In this document: positions 29,035 through 43,000 of the stretch, piece by piece
Position numbering within the stretch: the stretch's first letter is position 1
How the letters are laid out: every line of letters begins with the position of its first letter
Origin: Octopus sinensis
Taxonomy: Eukaryota
Length of the DNA: 64,000 nt
Assembly (NCBI RefSeq): GCF_006345805.1
Contig: NC_043025.1
Span: 10,664,001-10,728,000 of the forward strand
Reading direction: 5' to 3'
The notes under the pieces: generated by a model
Databases searched by the model: none
Told to the model about the DNA's origin: nothing
Seen by the model: the letters and a program-made list of their open reading frames with translations, nothing else
Position numbers and translations under genes: made by a program

Positions 29035-29767
29035 TGCTTTTCAAACTTTTTGCTGGAGCGGAACCCCAAGGAAGCATTCCACTGGCTCGAGGAACCCCTG
29101 TGCAATAATTTAATAGTCTTATGCACACATATCTGCACAGGAGAATTAAAAATTACTGCCGATTTTAGCAGTTTTGTAACTTCTTGCGGAACCCCTGGAC
29201 TGTGCTGGCGGAACCCTGGTTGAAAACCACTGATTATATATATATATCTATATATATATATATATATATATAATATAATATATATATATATATATATCAG
29301 TGCTTTTCAAACTTTTTGCTGGAGCGGAACCCCAAGAAGCATTCCACTGGCTCGAGGAACCCCTGTGCAATAATTTAATAGTCTTATGCACACATATCTA
29401 CACAGGAGACTTAAAAATTACTGCCGATTTTAGCAGTTTTGTAACTTCTTGCGGAACCCCTGGACTGTACTGGCGGAACCCTGGTTGAAAACCACTGATA
29501 CAGACACAAAGGAGAAAAATAAACGGAGACCCAAATGGATAACATCAACTTAAATAATGCCAAGGGACATGGTTTGCAGGCTTTAGTTTAGTATCTAGCG
29601 TTCAATTCCCGTCTAAGTAAGCTTTTCTTTTCAACATATTTGGTTCTGTGAAGTAAATAAGATCGAGAGATATACTGGGTTCGAATCATTCAGGTGAATC
29701 TTTTCACACGTCAAGTAATTCTCAAATACAAAAATGAAATAACGAAAATGGGTCGGTTTCGTTTGTG

Positions 29768-29809
<42 letters not shown>

Positions 29810-29858
29810 CGTGTGTGTGTGCGCGCGTTTGTGTTTCTGTGTGTGTGCGTGTGTGTTT

Positions 29859-29896
<38 letters not shown>

Positions 29897-30842
29897 TGGT
29901 GCGTGTGTGTGTGCGCGCGTTTGTGTTTCTGTGTGTGTGTGTGCGTGTGTGTGTGTGTGCGCACGCGCGCGTGGTGTGTGTTGCGTGTGTGTGTGTGTGT
30001 GTGCGCGTTTTGTTTTTCTGTGTGTGTGTGGTGTGCGCGTGTGTGTGTGTGTGCGTGTGTGTGTGTGTGTGCGCGTGCGTGCGTGTGCGTGTGTGCGTGT
30101 GTGTGTGCACGCGTTTGTGTGTTCTGTGTGTGTGTGTGCGTGTGCGCGCGCGTGTGTGTGTGTGCGTGTGTGTGTGCGTGCGTGCGTGTGCGTGTGTGCG
30201 TGTGTGTGTGCACGCGTTTGTGTTTCTGTGTGTGCGTGTGTGCGTGTGTAAGTGTGTGCGCGTGTGTGTGTGCGTGTGTGTGTGTGCGTGTGTGTGCGTG
30301 TGTGTGCATGCGTGCGTGCGTGTGTGTGTGCGTGCGTGCGTGCGTGCTTGTGTGCGTGCGCGCGCGCGCGTGTGTGTGTGTGCGTGTGTGTGTGTGTAAG
30401 AAATATAGTTAGAGACCCAAAAGAAGGCGAAAAGCGTTATACATACCCCAGGCCAAAATTGAACTCCACTTCATAAAAGATGCCTGATATGTTCTGAATA
30501 CCAAAACCATGCTTACGAGGACGTGAATGGCCTCGAAAGACATCCACGTGAGGGATGTCAAAAGGAAGTAGTGTAACAGGGCAGCCACTGTCTATAGTAA
30601 CAACAACAACAACAATGACAACAACAACAGATTAATGATTTCTAACCATGACGTATTGTCTTAAATAGATATGGTTTGGCAGGGATGGTATATGGCTACC
30701 TGTATCAATGTCAGTACCCTGAGTGGTATTTCAGGTGATCGAATCTAGAAGGGGTGAAACCCAGAAGAGAAGCCCCGCGGAAGTTTCCGCATAAAACTTT
30801 GAGGGACTTTTCCCAAATCCACTACCTTACCATTAGGTAATC

Positions 30843-30939
<97 letters not shown>

Positions 30940-31075
30940 ATAATAATAATAATGATAATAATTAATAATATATAATATAATAATAATAATATAATATATA
31001 ATATGATGATGATAATAATAATTTTTAAAAAAAAATAATAATAATAATAATAATAATATGATAATAATAATAATG

Positions 31076-31121
<46 letters not shown>

Positions 31122-31135
31122 TAATAATAATAATG

Positions 31136-31197
<62 letters not shown>

Positions 31198-31899
31198 CTG
31201 GAACTTCACCATTCAAACTGACAGGAAGATAGATGCAAATAGGCCAGACATCATATTGAAAAACTTCAAACAAAGAACATGCCTCTCATTGATATGACTG
31301 TCCCAATCGATATAAAAACGTATCTGTCAAGACCTACCAACACAAACTGAGCAAATATAAAGATCTTGAAATAGAAATCAGCAAAATGTGGAAGCTGAAG
31401 ACTAAAACAATACCTGTTGTCATAGGTGCCCTGGGAATGATAGCAAAAGGGGCTGATAGCTACCTAACTCAGATACCAGGAAACCCAAAATGGCAGAAGT
31501 TCAAAAGATAGTGCTCATGGGAACTGCTCATATCTACGCAAAATACTCTCTATGTAATCTCAAGGTTTAAACACAAACATAATTTTCGGTTTAAAAAAAA
31601 AAAAAAAAAAAAAAAACCTTTTTTTTTTTTTTAGACATTCATTAGTACAACATCCCCACCCCCCAAATATATGGCACACTAGGCATAACAACAACATGAA
31701 CTTCCAACCCTGTTGTCTCTTGAGGTCTCTGGGTGAGACTTGGAGCCAACTTGTACAAATATAAAGCAAAAGTCAAACATAGAATAATAATAATAATAAT
31801 GATGATGATGATAATATTAATGATAATAATAATAATAATAACAACAACAATAATAATAATAACAATAATAATAATAATAACAATAATAACAATAATAAC

Positions 31900-31933
<34 letters not shown>

Positions 31934-33650
31934 TTTGTTGCCCTATTAGACTGAAGGACTCAGAGTGATGCAATAAAATTGAAAGAATGCCGAACGAGAG
32001 GTTTATATAGACATGTGGACTGGGACAGACGTCTTCTATAAATGCGAGGGAGAAGTGTGCAAGACGTTAAACAAAATGTACGTTTTGGCGTGTTCGAAAG
32101 TGATCACCAATTACTTGAAATTCCTGATAATAAAACTTATGAAAACTTTTGATAAAGTTACATTGGACAAATGTAAAGCTACGAAGTCGTTGAGCATGGG
32201 AAAAACACGAAACGGATGTTACGTCGGTTATTAGAGGATGAAATCTATTTGACATGAAAGACTTTTGCTCATGTGGAAGCACTCCGTCGGTTACGACGAC
32301 GAGGGTTCCGGTTGATCCGAATTAACGGAACAGCCTGCTCGTGAAATTAACGTGTAGGTGGCTGAGCACTCCACAGACACGTATACCCTTAACGTAGTTC
32401 TCGGGGGATATTCAGCGTGACACAGAGAGTGACAAGGCCGGCCCTTTGAAATACAGGTACAACAGAAACAGGAAGTAAGAGTGGGAGAAAGAGTGGTGAA
32501 AGAGTACAGCAGGGATCACCGCCATCCCCTGCCGGAGCCTCGTGGAGCTTTTAGGTGTTTTCGCTCAATAACAATAATAATAATAATAACAATAATAACA
32601 GTAGTAGTAGTAGTAGTAGTAGTAGTAGTTGCCCTATTAGACTGAAGGACACAGAGTGATGCAATAAAATTGAAAGAATGCTGAAGTCTGCTGCCCTAAC
32701 CACTGGGCCATTGCGCCTCCACTACTTTTGTTCATAACATTTAATATAAAACAAAATATGTAATATTGTTGTATCTAGGAATGGTCATTTTGCCAGTTTA
32801 GCCAATAAAAACACATGCACAATATATTGGCGGCGAGCTGGCAGAAACGTTAGCACGCCGGGCGAAATGCGTAGTCGTATTTCGTCTGGCGTTACGTTCT
32901 GAGTTCAAATTCCGCCGAGGTCGACTTTGCCTTTCATCCTCTCAGGGTCATAGATTAAGTACCAGTTACACACTGGGGTTGATGTAATCGACTTGATCCG
33001 TTTGTCTGTCCTTGTTTGTCCCCTCTGCGTTTAGCCCCTTGTGGGTAGTAAAGAATAATATATATTTGGTGTTATTTATTTTTTTACATTAAGCTTAATC
33101 TTATTTCGGCCAGAGTTCTTTCGTCACACTCCTGTGACCGCATCAGTGGTCCTTTGCTTTCAACACACGACTTCACATAAAAAAATCTTGCACAACAAAT
33201 ATATAAACTTAATAAAATATGTAATAGTTCTCAAGTTTTTTTTCAGCTTACCTTACAAGCAGCCAGTGTTTCTACGTATGGTTGCATCCCGACAACAAAG
33301 ATTAGATTAGTGATACCTAAAGGAACACACAAACTTACTAAAATCTTTGAGGTAATTAAATTCCATAATTTTCTGAAATAATAAAAAAAAAAATCCATAT
33401 TTCATAGTCACCAAAACAAATCACTCAATGCGTAAATAATAATTACAACCGCGTGTTACGATCAGGGTCAGTTAGGATAGAAATGATATCTTAAGATCAA
33501 TAGATATTTAATCTGTAGCCGTGTCGTAAGAAGTTGCTTCCCAGCCACATGGTTCTGGGTTCAGTCCCACTTCTCAGCATGTTGGATGGGTGTCTTCATT
33601 TTTAGCCTCGAGTCGAGTTTTTCGCAGGCGGAAACTGATAGACGCCTGTA

Positions 33651-33700
<50 letters not shown>

Positions 33701-34052
33701 ATATATATATATATATATATGTATATTTATATATGTATATATATGTAGATATATATATACATACATATATATATATATCTATATATATATATAATATATG
33801 TTATATATATATAATATATATATATGTATATATATGTAGATTATATATACATACATATAATATATATGTATATATATATTATATATGTATATATATGTAG
33901 ATATATATATACATACATACATACATACACACACACACACCATATATATATATATATATAATATGTAGATATATATATACATACATACATACACACACAA
34001 CACTATATATTATATATATATATATATATATGTAGATATATATATACATACA

Positions 34053-34094
<42 letters not shown>

Positions 34095-34277
34095 TATATA
34101 CACTTTTACTTGTTTCAGTCATTTGACTGTGGCCATGCTGGAGCACCGCCTTTTTAGTCGATCAAATCGACCCCAGGACTTATTCTATCGGTCTCTTTTG
34201 CCGAACCGCTAAGTTACGGGGACGTAAACACACCAGCATCGGTTGTCAAGCGATGTTGGGGGGACAAACACAAACAT

Positions 34278-34312
<35 letters not shown>

Positions 34313-36542
34313 CATATATATACGACGGGCTTCTTTCAGTTTCCATCTACCAAATCCACTCACAAGGCTTTGGTCGGTCCGAGGCTATAGCAGAAGACAC
34401 TTGCCCAAGGTGCCACGCAGTGGGACTGAACCCGGAAACATGTGGTTGGTAAGCAAGCTACTTACCACACAGCCACTCTTGCGCATGGCAGTATTTGAAA
34501 TAAAACAAATCCCCAGATTTGAATTTGTTGATATGGCTATATGGAATCCCAGGATTCCTGCTATTTCTAGCATACTAAATGACCATGTAGAGGATGGGCT
34601 ACCTTTGGGTTTGTTTAAAAGAGGGTCATAAATTTAAGTCAAACATAACACCCGATTTCTTCATGTAATCTTTGAAGCTCTCCGTCGGTTACGACGACGA
34701 GGGTTCCGGTTGATCCGAATCAACGGACCAGCCTGCTCGTGAAATTAACGTGTAAGTGGCTGAGCACTCCATAGACACGTGTACCCTTAACGTAGTTCTC
34801 GGGGATATTCAGCGTGACACAGAGAGTGACAAAGCCGGCCCTTTGAAATACAGGTACAACAGAAACAGGAAGTAAGAGTGAGAGAAAGTTGTGGTGAAAG
34901 AGTACAGCAGGGATCACCACCATCCCTGCCGGAGCGTCGTGGAGCTTTTAGGTGTTTTCGCTCAATAAACACTCACAACGCCCGGTCTGGGAATCGAAAC
35001 CGCGATCCTATGACCGCGAGTCCGCTGCCCTAACCACTGGGCCATTGCGCCTCCACTTCATGTAATCTAACACTGTCTTTGAATGTTTGGTATTATTCTG
35101 AACTTGTTTACTGAGCGAGTAAGTACGATGAAACGAATAAAAGATACAAAGGACAATTAGTCTTAACATACCAGAAAGATTAGACACATTGGGAATCAAA
35201 TGTGTGAACATAATTTAGCGAGTAGTAGTAGCGATAGTAGAGACAGAGTCACTAGTGTAACCATTATATTGCTCTATACTTTTTCTGAATTATCTCTCTA
35301 TATATAAACGGCAGTTTGTCTGTCTGTGTGTCTGTTAGGTTGTACCCTCACCCTGACCAAGGCTTTCAACTGATTCTGATGAAACTTGACACACACATAG
35401 CCCAATGTCATAATTCAAAACTAATCTCTCTCTATATAAAGCTTTTTATATGCAACACATTTTCTGTCTAGGGGACACAACTGGACCTTTTTATCGCCCA
35501 AAGGGACAGCTAGGAGCATCGTGTACACATAAGTATTCGAGTGAAGAGAAGACATTGCAACCTACACATGCGCCTTCGTTCCCTAGATGGAAAGGACTAG
35601 ATTGGGATTAGTCGTTGCCTACTAGGGGCTCTTACATACCTGGGCAACGCCGGGCTATGCTGCTAGTATATGTATAAAGCTGAAGTTGTCTGTGTATGGT
35701 AGGTTTGGTAGCCTTCAACTAACACTATCTCCTCCGAGACCCTGCGGCGCAAATTGACCAAAATTGAGAGTATGATAGAAGAAGGCTTGCTCTTCATTCC
35801 GTAGAAGATAAAATTCAAATTGGACCATGTTAACACCAAAAATTATTTACATCAAAAAGGACCTACACATGCGCCTTCGTTCCCTAGAGGGAAAGGACTA
35901 AATTGGGATTAGTCGTTGCCTACTAGGGGCTCTTACATACCCGGGCAACGCCGGGCTATGCTGCTAGTCAAACTATAAAATAATTCTGCTTAAACACGCA
36001 AGATAGATTATCCCCTCCTTTTTTCTCGTGTCATCATAAAAGTAGTCACTTACAAATCCTGTCCAGTTAATATTCAGGAATTCTTTCCTAACCCATGTGT
36101 TTCCTGCAAACATCACTCACATCGAGCTTACCAGCCTGTCTCTTTGTATTTAAACAGTTTATAAAAGAAAATAGAAATTGAAATGCTTACTTGAAACAAA
36201 CGTGAATTATTACTGTAAGAACAAGACAGACAAATGATATTCCGCAGCCAATGAAAGATATAATTGATAAAGGTTTGACATGTTTTACATCGTCTTCATT
36301 CCGGTGAACATCCTACAATAGAAACAACAAATAATAATTGTTTAGCTCGTCCTAGTCCTCCTTCCATAAGAAAGTTAACGGAAAAAAAAAACAGAGTACA
36401 AGACATACAACACAAGGAATATTCCCCTTCTTCAGTGGTCCCTGTTTCATCTACTCCGCGTTCCGAAGGTAGAGGACAAGACGCGACTTCATTGAAACAG
36501 TCCTTCCCGCAAAGCAAATTAAAGAAAATATATATATACAAG

Positions 36543-36589
<47 letters not shown>

Positions 36590-36743
36590 TATATATATAT
36601 ATATATATATACATATATATATGTATGTATGTATATATATATATATGTATGTATATATATACATATATATATATATAATGTATGTATATATATATATGTA
36701 TGTATGTATATATATACATATATATATATATATGTATGTATAT

Positions 36744-36780
<37 letters not shown>

Positions 36781-36801
36781 ATATATATATATATATGTAT
36801 G

Positions 36802-36834
<33 letters not shown>

Positions 36835-36920
36835 ATATATACATATATATATATATATATGTATGTATGTATATATATATAATATATATATTATAATATA
36901 TATATATATATTTATGTATG

Positions 36921-36964
<44 letters not shown>

Positions 36965-37032
36965 ATAGTATGTATATATATGCGTATATATATATATATC
37001 TAATATATATATATATATATAATATATATAAT

Positions 37033-37081
<49 letters not shown>

Positions 37082-40000
37082 AAGATGTATATACATCTAT
37101 ATATATGTGTGTGTGTCTTTGTGTCTCCCACCACCGCTTGAAAACCGGTGCTGGTGTGTTTATGTCCTCGTAACTTAGCTGTTCGGTCATGATAGTTAAC
37201 GCTTGTATAACGAATGTGTATAATGTTGGTGTAGGAGATGGGGACGACTGCCTGTTGTATTATTAATGTTCCTTACAACGCTGACAATAATAGAGACAAC
37301 ATCAGTGACCTGACTGTTTAATCTCCGTCCTTGGAATATCAGTAGAACTCGCATGGACTTAACTAAGATGTTCAGTCAGTTCAGATTTTCCTTCAGGCTG
37401 AAATATTTACCATAGATAGAAGGGAATGATCTACTCTTGTAGGTAGCAGAGGTATTGTTTAAGACGGCGAGCTGGCAGAATCGTTAGCACGCCGGGCGAA
37501 ATGCTCAGGGTATTTCGTCTGTCGCTACGTTCTGAGTTCAAATTCCGCCGAGGTCGACTTGCCTTTCATCCTTTCGGGGTCGATTAAATAAGTACCAGTT
37601 ACGCACTGAGGTCGATGTGTGTCTGTCCTTGTTTGTCCCCTCTGTGTTTAGCCCCTTTGTGGGTAGTAAAGAAATGGGTATTTCGTCTGCCGCTACGTTC
37701 TGAGTTCAAATTCCGCCGAGGTCGACTTTGCCTTTCATCCTTTCGGGGTCGATTAAATAAGTGCCAGTTACGCACTGAGGTCGATGTGTGTCTGTCCTTG
37801 TTTGTACCCTCTGTGTTTAGCCCCTTGTGGGTAGTAAAGAAATAAGTATTTCGTCTGTCGCTACGTTCCGAGTTCAAATTCCACCGAGGTCGACTTTGCC
37901 TTTCATCCTTTCGGGGTCGATTAAATAAGTACCAGTTACGCACTGGGGTCGATATAATCGACCTAATGCGTTTGTCTGTCCTTGTTTGTCCCCTCTGTGT
38001 TTAGCCCCTTGTGGGTAGTAAAGAAATAGGTATTGTTTAACTGACAGGTATTGGCTAGACGTATATTCTATGTATATTGCTGACATGAAATTCTGAGGTG
38101 AAGAAATCCCATGAATGAGAGGAAAGATCTTGGAAGAGACCAAATGTTTAATGTCTGAGCAACAAACATGCTTCAACGTAGATGAAGGTATTTAAATCAG
38201 GAGAGATGACTCTGACCATCTCTATCCTAATTACATCAATACTGGAGGAGTCACCATGCATTGCATTAAGAACGGTGGTTTCGTAAATCTAAAAGGCACC
38301 ATCCTGAGTATAAACTCTAAACAACAGGAGTGGCTGTGTGGTAAGTAGCTTGCTTACAAACCACATGGTTCCGGGTTCAGTCCCACTGCGTGGCACCTTA
38401 GGCAAGTAGCTTCTACTATAGCCTCGGGCCGACCAAAGTCTTGTGAGTGGATCTGGTAGACGGAAACTGAAAGAAGCCCGTCGTATATATGTATATATAC
38501 AAATATATATATATGTATGTGTGTGTGTATATGTTTGTATGTCTGTGTCTGTACCCCCAACATCGCTTGACAACCGATGCTGGTGTGTTTACGTCCCCGT
38601 AACTTAGCGGTTCGGCAAATGAGACGATAGAATAAGTACTAGGCTTCCAAAGAATAAGTCCTGGGGTCGATTTGCTCGACTAAAGGCGGTGCTCCAGCAT
38701 GGCCGCAGTCAAATGACTGAAACAAGTAAAAGAATATAAAAGAATATAACAGCAATGGCAACAAAAACAACAGTGACATTTTACAATATATCAACCTTAT
38801 ATATTTACCAAAGAAGGCGCAATGGCCTAGTAGGATCGCGGTTTCGATTCCCAGACCGGACGTTGTGAGTGTTTATTGAGCGAAAACACCTAAAAAGCTC
38901 CACGAGGCTCCGGTAGGGGATGGTGGCGATCCTTGTTGTACTCTTTCACCACAACTTTCTCTCACTCTTACTTCCTGTTTCTGTTGTACCTGTATTTCAA
39001 AAGGCCGGCCTTGTCACTCTCTGTGTCACGCTGAATATCCCCGAGAACTACGTTAAGGGTACACGTGTCTGTGGAGTGCTCAGCCACTTACACGTTAATT
39101 TCACGAGCAGGCTGTTCCGTTGATTCGGATCAACCGGAACCCTCATCGTCGTAACCGACGGAGTGCTTCCACTTATATATTTACCAAGATAGCCTCCAAC
39201 ACAAAGTCTAGTGGGTATGTTATTATACAACTCTTTAAAATTATTGATGCATTGATATAACTGCCAAATTACAAATAATTAATAACTGGTCATAATGTTA
39301 CCAACCATTAATAAGGCAAAACTTGTAAGATGGTCGCAGGAACAAACTACTTCTTTTCCAGGTACACAATCGGATATTTTACAGCCTTTTGTTGACCAAT
39401 GGGGAGCCTCTCCCGGGGTCTCATCCCAATAAACGCATTTTGGGTTGGTGGCATTCTGAAACAAATTAAATTCTGTTAATTCGATAAAATTATTTTGTAA
39501 TAAGAATACATATAATTATGATATATCACTTTTGACTTACAAAAATATCGAAGCGACCGTGGTCAATAATGTTTGGTTGGTATTGCCACTGTGAACTACG
39601 TTAAGGGTACACGTGTCTGTGGAGTGCTCATCCACTTACACGTTAATTTCACGAGCAGGCTGTTCCGTTGATCGGATCAACCGGAACCCTCGTCGTCGCA
39701 ACCGACGGAGTGCTTCCTTCTTTTGACTTACAAAAATATCGAAGCGACCGTGGTCATTAATGTTTGGTTGGTATTGCCACTGTGAACTCTATAGCACAAA
39801 CTGTGACCTAGGCGCAGGAGTGGCTGTGTGGTAAGTAGCTTGCTAACCAACCACATGGTTCCGGGTTCAGTCCCGCTGCGTGGCATCTTGGGCAAGTGTC
39901 TTCTGCTATAGCCCCGGGCCGACCAATGCCTTGTGAGTGGATTTGGTAGACGGAAACTGAAAGAAGCCTGTCGTATATGTGTATATATATATGTGTGTGT

Positions 40001-43000
40001 GTGTGTGTTTGCGTGTCTCTGTTTGTCCCCCTAGCATTGCTTGACAACCGATGCTGGTGTGTTTACGTCCCCGTCACTTAGCGGTTCGGCATAAGAGACC
40101 GATAGAATAAGTACTGGGCTTACAAAGAATAAGTCCCGGGGTCGATTTGCTCGACTAAAGGTGGTGCTCCAGCATGGCCGCAGTCAAATGACTGAAACAA
40201 GTAAAAGAGTAAAAGAGTAAGATGAAATGGTCAGCTGAACTATACTCTTTTTTTACTCTTTTACTTGTTTCAGTCATTTGACTGCGGCCATGCTGGAGCA
40301 CCACCTTTTAGTCGAGCAAATCGACCCCGGGACTTATTCTTTGTAAGCCTAGTACTTATTCTATCGGTCTATTTTGCCGAACCGCTAAGTAACGGGGATG
40401 TAAACACACCAGCATCGGTTGTCAAGTAATGCTAGGGGGACAAACACAGACACACAAACACACACATACATATATATATATATACATATATACGACGGGC
40501 TTCTTTTCAGTTTCCGTCTACCAAATCCACTCACAAGGCATTGGTCGGCCCGGGGCTATAGCAGAAGACACTTGCCCAAGATGCCACGCAGTGGGACTGA
40601 ACCCGGAACCATGTGGTTGGTTAGCAAGCTGTTTATAAATCTATGTCTTTTCTCTTAATTTACACTGCATTGTCATAATAATGAAAGAAAAAAACATTGG
40701 ACGGAGTAGTTCACGAAATATTTAATGAAATATAAAATGACGTAGCGGCCACGGCTGGGATGTGTTTCATCATAGGTCTGTGGAAGCACTCCGTCGGTTA
40801 CGACGACGAGGGTTCCGGTTGATCCGAATCAACGGAACAGCCTGCTCGTGAAATTAACGTGTAAGTGGCTGAGCACTCCACAGACACGTGTACCCTTAAC
40901 GTAGTTCTCGGGGATATTCAGCGTGACACAGAGAGTGACAAGGCCGGCCCTTTGAAAATACAGGTACAGCAGAAACAGGAAGTAAGAGTGAGAGAAAGTT
41001 GTGGTGAAAGAGTACAGCAGGGACCACCACCATCCCCTGCCGGAGCCTCGTGGAGCTTTTAGGTGTTTTCGCTCAATAAACACTCACAACGCCCGGTCTG
41101 GGAATCGAAACCGCGATCCTCCGACCGCGAGTCCGCTGCCCTAACCACTGGGCCATTGCGCCGCCACCAATCATAGGTCTACTGGTTTAGAGATGGCATG
41201 AACATAAACAGCAACAGCAACAATAATAATTACACAGCTATTACCTGATGTATTAAAATGAATGATATGTTAACTGGTTCATCAAGGTTGTTTATTCGAA
41301 TGTTAGCAACACTAGCGGCAAGAATATAGCTGTTAATATTAGTATCTGCGTCGGCACTGGAGTTTTGTGTTATCTGTAAAGAGAAGTTATTCAGTAAATT
41401 AATTTATTCTCTGGAATATATTGCTACAGCATGAAACGATATGTAACGGGAATTTGTTGCTTCTTGCACTTTTGGGGTGCAACTCGGGTGCATTCACAAT
41501 TTCCGTTCCTTTAATTTCCAGATTCTACCAGTCAAAGAACAAAAACGCAACAGTAAAAATATATACAGCCGGCCCGCATAGCTCAGTCGGTAGAGCATCA
41601 GACTTTTAAGAGCTGTTGTGTTATGAAATCTGAGGGTCGCGGGTTCAAGTCCCTCTGCGGGCGACAAAATTTTATTTACAATACCTATTTATTTATTAGT
41701 TAATGGCGGTGCCCCAGCATGGCCACAGCTCATTAGCTGAAACTGGAAAAATCAAAATCAAAAAAAAAATCACTCTTTATTTTTCTTATAACAGTAAGAA
41801 ATAAGGTGGTATATTTGGTTCCACTTGGGTCTGGATGTGGCAAGGCTGAACTTTAACGCTTGTAAGAATCTTACAAGTTCAGCAGCAAAACAGAGCTGGT
41901 CAAATATAGCGTCCTTAGAGAGCGAAGAAAATACGGTCTGCAACAATTTGGTATCGAAAGCGTTCTGCTTACTGTTATGTGTCTCTCTGTACCCCTTTGG
42001 TTAAGGTTAACGCTCCCTCGCCTAATCAGCTAATGCCACATCAGCAATTCCTTCTTCCGGTCTTCGCGCATGCGCGAGAGGGCACTTCCCTTCTGCCTTT
42101 CCAGAAGGCTCCAACCCCGCACACGCGAACTGAAGATGACGTTGCGCGCGCGCGCACTGTTGTATAGCGTCACTACAGATCAAACGATGCAGCGTGTTAA
42201 CGAATCTTCCAGCTCAACGACTTGAAATAACAGAATATACTCTCGTTTACTCTCTTTTACTTGTTTCAGTCATTTGACTGCGGACATGCTGGAGCACCGC
42301 CTTTAGTACTTATTCTATCGGTCTCTTTTTGCCGAACCGCTAAATGACGGGGACGTGAACACACCAGCATCGGTTGTCAAGCAATGCTAGGGGAACAAAC
42401 ACAGACACACAAACATATTCACACACATATATATATATACAGATATACGACAGGCTTCTTTCAGTTTCCGTCTACCAAATCCACTCACAAGGCATTGGTC
42501 GGCCCGGGGCTATAGCAGAAGACACTTGCCCAAGATGCCACGCAGTGGGACTGAAACCGGAACCATGTGGTTGGTTAGCAAGCTACTTACCAAACAGCCA
42601 CTACCCTTATTTAATTTAAAATACAAAAATGTTCTCTAACCGGTAAATTGACTGCTGTAGTTAATTAACTGCTGTAGTTAATTAACTGCAGAGTAGTTTA
42701 CGATCTCAGTGCGCCAAAGTGAAGGTCAGTTATATCTATATATATAAAACTGTAGTTGTGTGAGTGTCTGTCCCCTTCGATTTAGATTCCTAACTACTCC
42801 CACATTTTGCGGTGCAGTTTAACCAAATTCGGGTATCTTATAGTCGTGATTAATATCGAGCCTGTCTGAGTATTAGCGCGCGTCTACGATGAGTCTACAA
42901 TTTTAAAAATAATTTAACATCATTTTTTATTCCATTTTAACGCATATTTTTTCGTGTGTCGATGGCGGCGGAGTTGGCGTCCATGGTCACACCTGCACCT

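Noticed and set aside
36045-36095. AG...GTAAGT-bounded segment just downstream of the TM1 exon
   Set aside because: The phase-compatible reading contains TAG, and the TM2 exon at 33372 joins correctly.
41770-41940. Open minus-strand stretch of ~55 codons near the tRNA
   Set aside because: No GAIN-like motif and no suitable donor; the neighbouring exons already join in phase.
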